Counted from the first letter of the stretch, positions 38,521 through 49,526 are shown. The stretch is 64,000 nucleotides of DNA from Candidatus Omnitrophota bacterium (GCA_043805735.1 JAZDHS010000044.1:4829-68828), one strand, 5' to 3'. Made by a program: numbers and translations. The notes: generated by a model from the sequence alone, not told the origin.

Positions 38521-40338
38521 ATGAAGGACTTTTTTCGGCTAGTACGGTTTTTAAAGCCCCACACAGGGTTATTCATCCTGTCTGTGGTGTTTATGTTTAT
38601 TTCTGCCATTTTTGATGGGGTGCAGATTGCCCCAGCCATTCCGATTATTGACAATGTCTTTACCGGTAAAGGCATTGTGATTGACCGGCCCTTACCGGCG
38701 CCTTTGCGCGGGTTGATTGATACAATTAATGCCGCTGATCGGGTCGCGCTGTTAAAATATATCGTGCTCGGTTTCTTGGTTCTTTTTATCTTGAAAGGAA
38801 TAACCGAATTTTTACGTCAGTATATCATGACCGACGTCGGCCAGATGATTGTACGCGACGTGCGTAACGCCCTCTATGAAAAATACCAATCGCTTTCCCT
38901 GGACTATTACAGCAAGAGCAGGATCGGGGCGCTCTCCTCACGGATTACCTACGACGTAGGGGTGATCAATAATTCGGTCGCTCAAGGCCTGACCGACATC
39001 TTTTATCAGGGTTTCAAGGTGGTCATTCTTTTGACGATCGCCATTGCCGTAAACTGGAAATTATTTTTGCTCTCGATCGCCATTTTTCCCTTCATCACCA
39101 TCCCGGTAGTCAGAATCAGCCAGGTCCTGCGTACCTTAAGCAAGAAATCCCAGGAGAAAATGGCCGATGTGACCAGCGCTCTCTACGAAGGCATTTCCGG
39201 TATTCGCATTGTTAAAACCTTCCTGATGGAAAAATATGAGACCGACCGTTTTGCCAACGCCAATCAGGGTTTTTATAAATTTTCGATGAAGTCGGCCAAG
39301 CGGATTATCGCCATCGGACCGCTCAGCGAGCTGATTGGGGGACTGGCAGCGATGTTTGTGCTCTATATCGGAGGCAGCCAGGTTATCCACGGCGAGCTTT
39401 CGTTTGGGCTCTTCGCGGCCTTTATGGGCGCGATGTTCCAGTGTGTCCAGCCGATTAAGCGTTTAAGCAATATCAACGCTATTATGTTGCAGGCCGAGGC
39501 CGCGGCCACGCGGATCTTTGAGATCCTCGACACGCCGCAGGATGTCCAGGATGCGCCCGGCGCCATTGAGCTACCGGAGTTTAAGGATAAAATTTGTTTT
39601 GAACAGGTTTATTTTAAGTACCAAGGCGAAAAAGAGGATGTGCTCAAAGGCATTAACTTAGAGATTCCGCGGGGAACAGTGCTGGCGATTGTCGGCCCCA
39701 GCGGCGTAGGCAAGACCACCCTGGCCAACTTAATCGGCCGTTTTTACGATGTCAGCGGCGGACGCATTACTGTCGACGGACACGACATCCGCCAGGTGAG
39801 CATGCGCTCTTTACGCGGAAAAATCGGGATTGTAACCCAGGATATGTTTCTTTTTAACGATAGCGTGCGCGCCAACATCGCCTACGGAAATATTGGCGCC
39901 TCCCAGCCTGAGATTGTCCGCGCCGCTGAGGCGGCCGGGGCCGCCGAGTTTATTCAGGCCTTGCCTGGCGGGTATGATACGGTGATTGGCGATCGCGGGT
40001 TTCGCCTCTCCGGCGGAGAAAAACAGCGTTTGGCCATTGCCCGGGCGCTGTTAAAGAACCCACCGCTATTAATTCTGGATGAAGCTACGTCGCAGCTGGA
40101 TTCCCAATCGGAAATTTTAGTCCAGAACGCCCTCGATGAGTTAATGCGCGGGCGAACAGTCTGCGTAATTGCCCACCGGCTTTCCACGGTTAGAAATGCC
40201 ACTAAAATTGTGGTCTTGGATCAAGGCCGCATTGCGCAATGCGGCACCCATCAAGAGCTTATAGAAAAGGGCGGACTCTACAAAGAGCTTTATCAGCTGC
40301 AATTTAGAGACATCTTAAGCTCTGTAAAAAACACTTGA
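38521..40338 (+). CDS. msbA: ABC transporter permease/ATPase, MsbA-like lipid A exporter
   Basis: Six-TM domain followed by an NBD with Walker A GPSGVGKTT, signature LSGGEKQR, and Walker B ILDEATS. Confidence 0.75.
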   Translation: MKDFFRLVRFLKPHTGLFILSVVFMFISAIFDGVQIAPAIPIIDNVFTGKGIVIDRPLPAPLRGLIDTINAADRVALLKYIVLGFLVLFILKGITEFLRQYIMTDVGQMIVRDVRNALYEKYQSLSLDYYSKSRIGALSSRITYDVGVINNSVAQGLTDIFYQGFKVVILLTIAIAVNWKLFLLSIAIFPFITIPVVRISQVLRTLSKKSQEKMADVTSALYEGISGIRIVKTFLMEKYETDRFANANQGFYKFSMKSAKRIIAIGPLSELIGGLAAMFVLYIGGSQVIHGELSFGLFAAFMGAMFQCVQPIKRLSNINAIMLQAEAAATRIFEILDTPQDVQDAPGAIELPEFKDKICFEQVYFKYQGEKEDVLKGINLEIPRGTVLAIVGPSGVGKTTLANLIGRFYDVSGGRITVDGHDIRQVSMRSLRGKIGIVTQDMFLFNDSVRANIAYGNIGASQPEIVRAAEAAGAAEFIQALPGGYDTVIGDRGFRLSGGEKQRLAIARALLKNPPLLILDEATSQLDSQSEILVQNALDELMRGRTVCVIAHRLSTVRNATKIVVLDQGRIAQCGTHQELIEKGGLYKELYQLQFRDILSSVKNT

Positions 40339-40384
40339 AATATACACAATTTGTGTTATATTAATAAGTTTAGTAACCCTAAAG

Positions 40385-40431
40385 GGTAGCCCTTCGCAAT
40401 TCCATATTAGCGAAGGGGCTAATCAACCAGC
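40385..40431. repeat. third copy of ~45-bp palindromic repeat, located in rpsB 5' leader
   Basis: aaccctaaagggtagcccttcgCAATTCCATATTAgcgaaggggcta lies between a putative -10 (tgtgttatatt, ~40362) and the rpsB RBS (aggaaggag, 40441). It is the reverse complement of the copy at 9292-9343. Confidence 0.7.
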
Positions 40432-40456
40432 TAACTTATCAGGAAGGAGCACTAAC

Positions 40457-41305
40457 TTGGCAGTAGATACCTTAATTAAACAACTTTTGGAGGCCGGTGT
40501 GCATTTTGGCCACCAGACCAAGCGCTGGAACCCGAAGATGAAGAAGTTTATTTTCGGGGAAAGAAGTGGGATTTATATCATTGACCTGCAGCAGACCGCC
40601 CAACGGCTTAAAGCCGCCTGCGACTTTCTCAAAGAAGTGGTCGGTAACGGCGAAGCGGTGCTGTTTGTCGGGACCAAGAAACAGGCCCAAGACGTGATTA
40701 CTCAGGAGGCGTTGCGTTGTGGTATGCATTACGTCAACGAACGCTGGCTGGGAGGCACGCTGACTAATTTCGCCACTATTCGCCGCAGCGTTGACCGTTT
40801 GAAGGAATTAGAAATACTGATTGCCCCGGATAACGCCACCACCTTGACCAAAAAAGAGAAGGCCACGATTGAGAAGGAGGTTGGGCGTTTAAGGAAACGC
40901 CTGGCCGGAATTATGCAGATGGATTCGCTTCCCTCGGCCCTGGTAATTGTCGACCCGCACAAAGAAGAGAATGCGGTCAAAGAGGCTAACCGCCTTTCCA
41001 TTCCGGTAGTGGCCCTTTTGGATACTAACTGCGATCCCGGCCCGGTTGATTTTCCGATTCCCGGCAACGACGACGCCTTAAAATCGATTAAACTGGTCAT
41101 TTCCATGCTTGCCGAAAGCGTGCTGGAGGTCCAGCAGCAATTTGCCGAGAGGAAAGAGAAGAAAAGGAAAGAGCAGGAAAAAGAGCGGGAAAAAGAGGTG
41201 CTCTTGGCGCAGGAAGAAGAGATTATCGAAGATATTGAAAAGAAAACCAAGGCCAAAGTTCGGGAAGACCAGCCGATACGCAAAAAAACAAAATCCGAGG
41301 TATAG
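40457..41305 (+). CDS. rpsB: 30S ribosomal protein S2 with K/E-rich C-terminal extension
   Basis: TTG start; ...LLEAGVHFGHQTKRWNPKM... Confidence 0.9.
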   Translation: MAVDTLIKQLLEAGVHFGHQTKRWNPKMKKFIFGERSGIYIIDLQQTAQRLKAACDFLKEVVGNGEAVLFVGTKKQAQDVITQEALRCGMHYVNERWLGGTLTNFATIRRSVDRLKELEILIAPDNATTLTKKEKATIEKEVGRLRKRLAGIMQMDSLPSALVIVDPHKEENAVKEANRLSIPVVALLDTNCDPGPVDFPIPGNDDALKSIKLVISMLAESVLEVQQQFAERKEKKRKEQEKEREKEVLLAQEEEIIEDIEKKTKAKVREDQPIRKKTKSEV

Positions 41306-41311
41306 CCCAAA

Positions 41312-42603
<1,292 letters not shown>

Positions 42604-42632
42604 AATTTCGGATCTAATCCCGGAGGGCGATT

Positions 42633-43193
42633 ATGCCACTAAAAAATGTAATTCACGAGACCGACGAAAAGATGAAAAAAACCGTGCTTTCGGTAAAAAG
42701 AGAATTCTCCGAAATTCGCTCCGGCCGGGCCTCGCCGGCCTTAGTCGAGGGAATTTTAGTCGATTATTACGGCGCGAAAACTCCGGTAAAACATTTGGCG
42801 ACCATCTCTACCCCGGACGCGCGGATGATTATGATTCATCCCTGGGATGCCGCGGTGCTGGTTGAAATCGAAAAGTCGGTTCTCCAGTCCAATCTTGGAA
42901 TTACCCCCACCAACGACGGGAAAGTGATCCGCATCAGCATCCCGCATCTTACTGATGAACGGCGCGTCGAATTAGACAAGATTGTTAAGCACGTTGCCGA
43001 AAACGGCAGGGTTTCTTTGCGCACTGCCCGGCGTGATTCCAACGAGTCGATCAAGCAGATCGAAAAAGGCAAAGAGATCAACGAGGACGACCGGTTTAAG
43101 GCCCAGGAAGAAGTGCAAAAACTCACCGATAAGTACATCGCCCAGATTGACCAGGCCCTGGCGGAAAAAGAGAAGGAAATCCGCGAAGGCTGA
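42633..43193 (+). CDS. frr: ribosome recycling factor
   Basis: 186 aa with ...IRTGRA.P.L.......YG...P........I.......MI.I.PWD.... Confidence 0.9.
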   Translation: MPLKNVIHETDEKMKKTVLSVKREFSEIRSGRASPALVEGILVDYYGAKTPVKHLATISTPDARMIMIHPWDAAVLVEIEKSVLQSNLGITPTNDGKVIRISIPHLTDERRVELDKIVKHVAENGRVSLRTARRDSNESIKQIEKGKEINEDDRFKAQEEVQKLTDKYIAQIDQALAEKEKEIREG

Positions 43194-43205
43194 TAGATAT
43201 AAGTT

Positions 43206-43281
43206 GGGCCGCTAGCTCAGTTGGTAGAGCACCGCCCTTTTAAGGCGGGTGTCGAAGGTTCGAACCCTTCGCGGCTCACCA
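43206..43281 (+). tRNA. tRNA-Lys (anticodon UUU)
   Basis: 76 nt cloverleaf: GGGCCGC acceptor, D-arm TAGCTCAGTTGGTAGAGC, anticodon loop CTTTTAA, T-arm GAAGG-TTCGAAC-CCTTC, and CCA encoded. Confidence 0.85.
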
Positions 43282-43308
43282 AATTATTTGCCCACGTAAA
43301 GAATAATA

Positions 43309-43345
43309 AGCCCTAGTTGCTGAATTACAACTAGGGCTATTTTTA
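43309..43345 (+). terminator. intrinsic terminator after tRNA-Lys
   Basis: agccctagttg-ctgaatta-caactagggct (11-bp stem) followed by ATTTTTAT. Confidence 0.75.
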
Positions 43346-43385
43346 TGTTGTTTCGCCTGATTACCCAAATATTTTAAAAAAAAGG

Positions 43386-43414
43386 CTTGACAAATGCATG
43401 TTCTTAGTGTATAC
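43386..43414 (+). promoter_or_regulatory. sigma70 promoter TTGACA-17-TATACT upstream of Rrf2 regulator
   Basis: Consensus -35 and a near-consensus -10 with 17-nt spacing and TG at -15/-14. Confidence 0.65.
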
Positions 43415-43454
43415 TCCATTATGTCAATAGAGATTATCGAGATTAGGGTGGAGC

Positions 43455-43895
43455 ATGAAACTGACATATAAAGGCGATTATTCATTAAAAGCGATTCTCT
43501 ATTTGGCCCTGAACTATGGCCGAGACACGATTACCATTCATGAGATAGCCGAACATATCGACGCCCCAGTCAAATTTTTAGAACAGGTATTATTAGATTT
43601 GAAGAAAGGCGGGTTTGTCGAGAGCCGCAGAGGAAAAGTCGGGGGTTATTTACTGTCCAAAGCCCCTAGGGAGATAAAGATGGGAGACGTAGTGAGATTT
43701 GTTGACGGCCCCATAGAACCTATTTCGTGTGTAAAAGAGGGATACTCCGATTGCAGTGATAGGTATCGGTGTGTATTTAGGAAGATTTGGCAAGATGTCT
43801 CAGAAGCAACTTCAAATATATTAGATAATATTACCTTTGAAAAATTGGCCTCCGAAGTCAACTCTAAACAACAGGCCTTGATCTATTCGATTTAG
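43455..43895 (+). CDS. Rrf2-family transcriptional regulator (IscR/CymR-like, 3 Cys)
   Basis: N-terminal wHTH (YSLKAILYLA......ITIHEIAE....P..FLEQVL..L.K.G.V.S.RG..GGY.L) and a Cys cluster C-x6-C-x5-C (CVKEGYSDCSDRYRC). Confidence 0.8.
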   Translation: MKLTYKGDYSLKAILYLALNYGRDTITIHEIAEHIDAPVKFLEQVLLDLKKGGFVESRRGKVGGYLLSKAPREIKMGDVVRFVDGPIEPISCVKEGYSDCSDRYRCVFRKIWQDVSEATSNILDNITFEKLASEVNSKQQALIYSI

Positions 43896-43908
43896 GAGAA
43901 TAGAGAAA

Positions 43909-43974
43909 ATGACGCCTTATCTTTACGGAATGATGATGTGTAGCCTTCTTGGCAAAGGGGGGCCGCCTATGTAG
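43909..43974 (+). CDS. 21-codon Met/Cys-rich candidate leader peptide (MTPYLYGMMMCSLLGKGGPPM) upstream of cysH
   Basis: ATG 43909 to TAG 43972-74, with GGAG 10 nt upstream. Contains three consecutive Met codons followed by Cys. Followed by terminator hairpin 44003-44038. Not in the ORF track (under 60 aa). Confidence 0.35.
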   Translation: MTPYLYGMMMCSLLGKGGPPM

Positions 43975-44002
43975 ATATTTATGCTATATATAGGTAAACG
44001 GA

Positions 44003-44038
44003 CCCACTGCCAAAAAGTAAGCAGTGGGATTTTATTTT
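44003..44038 (+). terminator. terminator/attenuator hairpin in cysH leader
   Basis: cccactgc-caaaaagtaa-gcagtggg followed by ATTTTATTTT; sits 25 nt upstream of the cysH AGGAGG RBS. Confidence 0.6.
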
Positions 44039-44063
44039 ACAAACCAGAATAGGAGGAAAAAAG

Positions 44064-44771
44064 ATGAGTATTTTGGATACAAAAGAAGACCTGAAGATTT
44101 TAGTCGAAACATTAAACTTTAAGGAGAAGGTCGAAAGGTCAAAGGAACTGATCAGGGAGGCCTATAAGCAATACGGCGATGCCCTGGTCGTGGCCAACAG
44201 CCTGGGCAAGGATTCCCTGGCGGTCTGGGACCTGGCGAAACGGGTGAATCCTAAAATAAGGGGTTTTATCGTTACCACGCGCTTTAAGCCTGCGGAAACG
44301 GTGCAATTCATGCATAGCCTGGTTAGGGAATATCCGGAGTTAAAAGTGTATAAAAGTGACGCTGAAATCCCAGAGCGGCTCTATGCGACCGATCCCGACC
44401 GCTGTTGCGACATTCTTAAAGTTGAACCGGTTAAGAGGGCCATAGAAGAGATGCACGTTCAATGCTGGGTGACGGGATTACGCTGCACCGAAGGCCGCAC
44501 GCGCACCGATTTCAAAGAAATAGAGGAGAGGGATAAGGGGCTGCTCAAACTCAATCCCATACTCATCTGGAAGGAAAGAGAAGTCTGGCAGTATCTGGCG
44601 CTCTACCGCGTGCCGGTAAATCCGTTATATGGCGAGGGCTATCGGTCACTCGGATGCGCGCCGTGTACGAAGATCACGGGCGAGGACAATGAACGCGCCG
44701 GCAGATGGATAGGCACAAGCAAATGCGGCGGGGAATGCGGTATTCATACACGGCCATTAAAAAAGCATTAA
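44064..44771 (+). CDS. cysH: phosphoadenosine-phosphosulfate / adenylyl-sulfate reductase (CysH family, Fe-S type)
   Basis: PAPS-reductase PP-loop-like fold with Cys pairs CC (DRCCDILK) and C..C (LGCAPCT), which mark APS-reductase-type CysH. Confidence 0.75.
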   Translation: MSILDTKEDLKILVETLNFKEKVERSKELIREAYKQYGDALVVANSLGKDSLAVWDLAKRVNPKIRGFIVTTRFKPAETVQFMHSLVREYPELKVYKSDAEIPERLYATDPDRCCDILKVEPVKRAIEEMHVQCWVTGLRCTEGRTRTDFKEIEERDKGLLKLNPILIWKEREVWQYLALYRVPVNPLYGEGYRSLGCAPCTKITGEDNERAGRWIGTSKCGGECGIHTRPLKKH

Positions 44772-44798
44772 TTGTATGAAGATTTAGTGGGGTAAAAT

Positions 44799-45773
44799 TT
44801 GTTTAACACTTTGATTTTAATCCTGTTGGTAGTATTTTTTGCAATGAACATGGGCGCAAGCGGCATTGCCCCTTCTTTTGCCGCAGCTTTTGGCGGGCGT
44901 ATTGTAAGGAAAAGAAACGCTTTGTTATTATTCAGCGTTTTTGTGATTTTAGGCGCAGTGCTCTTGGGCCGTAATGTCAGTTTGACGTTAGGTAGAAATC
45001 TACTGCCCAAGGAGATCATGAATCCGGATACAGCGCTCCTTATCATCGCCTCCGCGTCTTTGAGTCTTTTTTTGGCAAATATACTAAAGATACCGCAGTC
45101 TACGAGTCAGGTTACTGTAGGGGCCATAACAGGAGTTGGGATCTACTTCGGGCAGCTTAATTTAGGGACGCTATTGATAAAGATAATTCCGCTGTGGATT
45201 ATCCTGCCGCTTTTGTCGTATTTGTTTACCTTTTGGTTATATAGGAAGATTTATCCGCCGCGGCATGACAAACTACACATTTATGAAAAGATATTCCGTT
45301 ATGAAAAAAGGTTAAAGGTGGCTGCTACTTTGGCAAGCTGCTATGTTGCTTTTGCTATAGGCTCTAATAACGTGGCCAATGCTGTCGGGCCGTTATTCGG
45401 TGCAGGATTGATCGGTGTTCTGCCGGGATTAATCGTTATTTCTCCTGTTTTTGGATTAGGCGCATATTTTTTGGGGAAAGGCCCGCTCGAGACAGCCGGC
45501 AAAGAAATAGTTCCTTTGGGCGTATTTTCCAGCGTAATAGTCTCATTTGTAACGGCAACATTGCTATTATTTGCCTCTTTCCTGGGAATACCGCAATCTT
45601 TGGTACAGCTTAATATATGTTCGATATTTGCGATCAGCTCTTTAAAAAACGGCCATCGGCCCACCCTTGATTTACAGATAACCAGAAAAACTTTCATCAT
45701 CTGGGCGGTTTCACCCGTACTTTCCTTGCTTATATCGTATCTTGCGCTGTTTATAAAGAACAAATTGTTTTGA
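44799..45773 (+). CDS. cysP: PiT-family anion permease (CysP-like sulfate permease)
   Basis: NMGASG...P-type signature repeated in both halves (NVANAVGP). Context between cysH and cysK matches B. subtilis cysH–cysP. Confidence 0.65.
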   Translation: MFNTLILILLVVFFAMNMGASGIAPSFAAAFGGRIVRKRNALLLFSVFVILGAVLLGRNVSLTLGRNLLPKEIMNPDTALLIIASASLSLFLANILKIPQSTSQVTVGAITGVGIYFGQLNLGTLLIKIIPLWIILPLLSYLFTFWLYRKIYPPRHDKLHIYEKIFRYEKRLKVAATLASCYVAFAIGSNNVANAVGPLFGAGLIGVLPGLIVISPVFGLGAYFLGKGPLETAGKEIVPLGVFSSVIVSFVTATLLLFASFLGIPQSLVQLNICSIFAISSLKNGHRPTLDLQITRKTFIIWAVSPVLSLLISYLALFIKNKLF

Positions 45774-45793
45774 ATAATATAAATGGAGCGGCC

Positions 45794-46729
45794 ATGTCTT
45801 TTCGAAATCAAATAGTTGATGATGTAACTGAGCTAATCGGAGATACACCTTTGATCAGGCTTAATCGGCTGGCCAGGCCTGACATTGCTGAAATCCTGGC
45901 CAAGGCGGAGTACTTCAATCCGGGCGGCAGCGTAAAAGACAGGATCGCCCTGGCCATGATCGAGGATGCCGAACGCCGCGGTATCCTTAAGGCCGGTTCG
46001 ACGGTTATCGAGCCTACAAGCGGTAATACCGGAATAGGCTTAGCCATGGTTTGCGCTGTCCGAGGGTATAAATGCATCATCACTATGCCCGAGACGATGA
46101 GCCTGGAGAGGATATATATATTGAAGGCGTACCACGCGGAGATCGTCCTGACGCCGGGCAGTAAAGGAATGAAAGGGGCAATAGAGAAAGCAGAAGAGAT
46201 TCATAAAAAAACCCCGCATTCCTTTATGCCTCAGCAGTTTAATAATGCGGCAAATCCGGAGGTGCATCGAAGAACCACTGCCAGGGAAATTCTCGCCCAG
46301 ACTGGCGGGAAACTCGATGCCTTTGTCGCCGGCGTCGGCACCGGGGGGACGCTGACCGGCGTAGGCGAAGTCCTCAAGAGCCACAATCCGGATATTAAAA
46401 TTATTGCTGTAGAGCCGTCATCGAGCGCCGTTTTATCGGGTAAGCCGCACCATCCTCATAAAATTCAGGGCATCGGCGCCGGTTTTATCCCGGATATCTT
46501 GAATAAAACAATCATTGATGAAATTATTACCGTTAGTGACCATGAAGCTTATGCTATGGCAAAAATACTGACCAAAAAAGAGGGCATCTTCGGTGGCCCA
46601 TCTTCCGGTGCAGCACTTTTTGCGGCGCTTAAGGTAGCCGAAAGGTTAGGTAAAGGCAAAAGAGTGGTGACTGTTTTTCCAGACACCGGCGAAAGATATT
46701 TTTCGATGACGCAATATTTTGAGTTTTAA
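45794..46729 (+). CDS. cysK: cysteine synthase (O-acetylserine sulfhydrylase)
   Basis: IGDTPL.RLNR, PLP-lysine region (GSVKDR) and SGNTGIGLA. Start at MSFRNQ with a GGAG RBS; the ORF track starts 24 nt upstream. Confidence 0.85.
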   Translation: MSFRNQIVDDVTELIGDTPLIRLNRLARPDIAEILAKAEYFNPGGSVKDRIALAMIEDAERRGILKAGSTVIEPTSGNTGIGLAMVCAVRGYKCIITMPETMSLERIYILKAYHAEIVLTPGSKGMKGAIEKAEEIHKKTPHSFMPQQFNNAANPEVHRRTTAREILAQTGGKLDAFVAGVGTGGTLTGVGEVLKSHNPDIKIIAVEPSSSAVLSGKPHHPHKIQGIGAGFIPDILNKTIIDEIITVSDHEAYAMAKILTKKEGIFGGPSSGAALFAALKVAERLGKGKRVVTVFPDTGERYFSMTQYFEF

Positions 46730-46754
46730 AGAACAGCTTTAAAAGGGCAGGATT

Positions 46755-47234
46755 ATGAGCGGACCTTATTATCCGATAGCAGTAAAAGTGAAGGATGAGC
46801 CTGTTTTGATCGCCGGCGGAGGCAAAGTTTCCGAGCGCAAGGCAAAGACACTTCTGGCGTTGGGGGCTAAGGTCAAGATCGTCTCTCCGGAGATAACGGC
46901 GGGGCTTAAACGGTTTGTTTCCCGGCGTAGAGTGAAGTGGATCAGAAGGAAGATCAGGCTATCGGATTTAGCTTATGCGAAAGTCATAATTGCCGCCACT
47001 TCCGATCCGTCCGTCAATAGAAAGATAAGCTGGTGGGCGCAGCGACGCGGGATATTGGTCAATGTGGTGGACGATGCCAAGTTAAGCACTTTTATTTCAC
47101 CGGCGATTTTTGCGGCTGCAAAGGCCCTCATCGCCGTATATACGCAAGGGCAAGACCCGGTATTGAGCCGGGACCTGAAGAATTTTATCGAGGATAATTG
47201 GGATGTATTTTTATCTTATCGGAATAGATTATAA
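46755..47234 (+). CDS. precorrin-2 dehydrogenase / sirohydrochlorin ferrochelatase (SirC/CysG N-terminal-like)
   Basis: VL.AGGG.V..RKA..LL..GA...V.SP..................AT.D...N..I. Confidence 0.65.
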   Translation: MSGPYYPIAVKVKDEPVLIAGGGKVSERKAKTLLALGAKVKIVSPEITAGLKRFVSRRRVKWIRRKIRLSDLAYAKVIIAATSDPSVNRKISWWAQRRGILVNVVDDAKLSTFISPAIFAAAKALIAVYTQGQDPVLSRDLKNFIEDNWDVFLSYRNRL

Positions 47235-48186
47235 AACGGCGCCGATTGAGGTACGCGATATCATTTACCGCGATCGCCAGGCCATAACGACAGTTTGGGA
47301 AAATGACCCTGCCCGGCAAGCGTCGGTGATTATCACATGTAACCGCATCGAACTTTACGGCCTGGCAGAGGATACGGCCGAAGCGGCGCAGAAAATTAAG
47401 GGATTTTTTAAAAGGTACCCCGATTTTTCAAGATTTGGTTATGTCAGGTACGGCCAAGCAGCGGTCTTACGCCATGCCCTGAGGGTCGCCTGCGGCCTGG
47501 AGTCGCAGTTGAAAGGAGAACTACAGATTTTGGCGCAGGTGAAAACCTGGAGCGGCCGGCGAATATTTCATCCGGAACTAAGACGATTATGGGAAGAGGC
47601 GATCGCGGTAGCGCAAGAGATACGTTATCAAACAGGGCTGAACGAGGCCTCAACAAATATAGCTACAATAGCATTTCATGATTTAAAAAAGCGCCTCAAT
47701 ATTCAAAAAAGCGCAGATATCGTCGTAATCGGCACGGGAAAGATCGCCGAACTTGCAGCGCAATACCGGCCGGATTTTTTTGAGCTCAATTTTATCGCGC
47801 ATAAAAATTATGAGAAGGCAAAAACATTGGCAAAAGTATCCGGCGGTAGAGCAGCTCTCTTTATCGGCCTGCCGCAGCTATTATCCGCAGCGGATGCCGT
47901 AATAAGCGCTACGTCCAGCCCGCACTACATTTTAAAGAAAGAACATTTTCCCGCCGTTTTAAAACGGCGCAGAAACCCGTTATATCTTTATGATTTAGCG
48001 CTGCCCAGAGACATTGAACCTGCGCTCAGAGATATGGAGGGCCTTGTCTTACTGAATCTCGACGATTTTAATGAGGCATTTAATGAGCATAACCTAAAAA
48101 ATCAGCAGAAGATTGCCCTAGCTTCGTATTTGGTGGAGGAGAGGTTGAAAAATTGCACGGAGTGTGCAGATGTCAAAGGTTATTAG
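47203..48186 (+). CDS. hemA: glutamyl-tRNA reductase (short, lacks C-terminal dimerisation region)
   Basis: LIG..YKTAP.E.R catalytic N-terminus and NAD(P)-binding VIGTGK.AEL. Only 327 aa versus ~420 typical. Confidence 0.75.
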   Translation: MYFYLIGIDYKTAPIEVRDIIYRDRQAITTVWENDPARQASVIITCNRIELYGLAEDTAEAAQKIKGFFKRYPDFSRFGYVRYGQAAVLRHALRVACGLESQLKGELQILAQVKTWSGRRIFHPELRRLWEEAIAVAQEIRYQTGLNEASTNIATIAFHDLKKRLNIQKSADIVVIGTGKIAELAAQYRPDFFELNFIAHKNYEKAKTLAKVSGGRAALFIGLPQLLSAADAVISATSSPHYILKKEHFPAVLKRRRNPLYLYDLALPRDIEPALRDMEGLVLLNLDDFNEAFNEHNLKNQQKIALASYLVEERLKNCTECADVKGY

Positions 48187-48826
48187 AATAGGAACGCGGC
48201 CTAGCCCGTTAGCCGCAAAACAGGCAGAAGAGATTGCCAGGCGCATACCGCAGTTTCGCGTAAAGATAGTCTTTATCGAGACCAAAGGCGACCAAGATAA
48301 GACGACGCCGCTTTTCGGCCGCGAGAATAGTGATTTTTTTACGGCCGAGATCGAAGCGGCCCTCTTGAGTGGCAAGATCGATGCCGCTGTCCACAGCGCC
48401 AAAGACCTGGAAAGCGATATGCCGCAAGGGTTGATTATAGCGGCGCTGACGCGCTCACTTAGCCCTTTTGAATGCCTAGTTTCCCGCGGCAATTTATCTT
48501 TAGAGGAATTGCCGCGGGCGAGCCGCTTAGGCACAAGCAGCCTGAAGCGCAAAGAAGCCATCCTACGCTTCAGAAACGATCTTGCCGTAGAAGGGATCAG
48601 GGGCAATATTGAACAGAGGCTGGCACAGCTGGATAGCGGCAGATACGATGCCGTTATAATTGCCCACGCGGCGCTGATCAGGCTGGGGTATGAACAGAGG
48701 ATCGCTCAAATTATTCCGCGGAAAATTATCGAACCGCACCCCTTACAGGGCAGGCTGGCTGTGCAGATTCGCCGCGATAGATACGATTTACTTGATATTT
48801 TCAGGAGCCTCGATGAAAAAGAATAA
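48164..48826 (+). CDS. hemC: hydroxymethylbilane synthase (porphobilinogen deaminase), C-terminally short (domains 1-2 only)
   Basis: IRIGTR.S.LA..QA......L (domain 1) and SSLRR...L.......RGN...RL.KL (domain 2). Ends at ...PLQGRLAVQIRRD..., with no cofactor-Cys domain; cobA overlaps the 3' end. Confidence 0.7.
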   Translation: MQMSKVIRIGTRPSPLAAKQAEEIARRIPQFRVKIVFIETKGDQDKTTPLFGRENSDFFTAEIEAALLSGKIDAAVHSAKDLESDMPQGLIIAALTRSLSPFECLVSRGNLSLEELPRASRLGTSSLKRKEAILRFRNDLAVEGIRGNIEQRLAQLDSGRYDAVIIAHAALIRLGYEQRIAQIIPRKIIEPHPLQGRLAVQIRRDRYDLLDIFRSLDEKE

Positions 48827-49526
48827 AGGAACAGTCTATATTATCGGCGCCGGCCCGGGTGATCCGGACCTGATCAGCGTAAAGGGCCTAAAGATATTAA
48901 AGCAGGCGGATTGCGTACTTTACGATTTTTTATCCAATAAATCTCTTTTACGAAATGTAAAAAAGAATGCCCTAAAGATCTGCGTAGGCAAGAAAGACGG
49001 ATTACACCTAAAGGAACAGGACGAAATAAACAGGCTGCTTTATGACAACGCTCTTATCAGCAGGCGGGTGGTGCGGCTCAAAGGCGGCGATCCTTTTATA
49101 TTTAGCCGGGGAATTGAGGAGGCCCAATATCTATTGCGTAAAGGCGTGAAGACGCAGGTTATCCCCGGGATTACCTCGGCGCTTGCCGGGCCGGAAAGTT
49201 TCGGTATACCGCTTACGATTAAGAACAAATTGCAGTCCGTGGCCATATTGACTGGACGCAAAAATGATATCAATGCCAGGATCGATGCCCCGTATTGCGA
49301 TACGCTTGTCTATCTTATGGGCGTGGCCAACATCGATAATATTGTCCAGGCGCTAAAAAAAAGCGGCCGGCCGGATTCCACGCCCTGTGCTTTTATCGAA
49401 CGAGCAACCTGCCGCGGCGCACGCTTGACAAAAGCGACAATCGGCACAATTATCAGGGAAGCTAAAAAGCGGAAAGTAAAACCTCCTGCGGTATTAGTGG
49501 TGGGAGAGGTCGTGAACTATGGATAA
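48813..49526 (+). CDS. cobA: uroporphyrinogen-III C-methyltransferase
   Basis: GTVYIIGAGPGDPDLIS.KGL..L..AD.VLYD and ..RLKGGDPF.F.RG.EE. Start at MKKNKG; the ORF track starts 123 nt upstream. Confidence 0.85.
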   Translation: MKKNKGTVYIIGAGPGDPDLISVKGLKILKQADCVLYDFLSNKSLLRNVKKNALKICVGKKDGLHLKEQDEINRLLYDNALISRRVVRLKGGDPFIFSRGIEEAQYLLRKGVKTQVIPGITSALAGPESFGIPLTIKNKLQSVAILTGRKNDINARIDAPYCDTLVYLMGVANIDNIVQALKKSGRPDSTPCAFIERATCRGARLTKATIGTIIREAKKRKVKPPAVLVVGEVVNYG

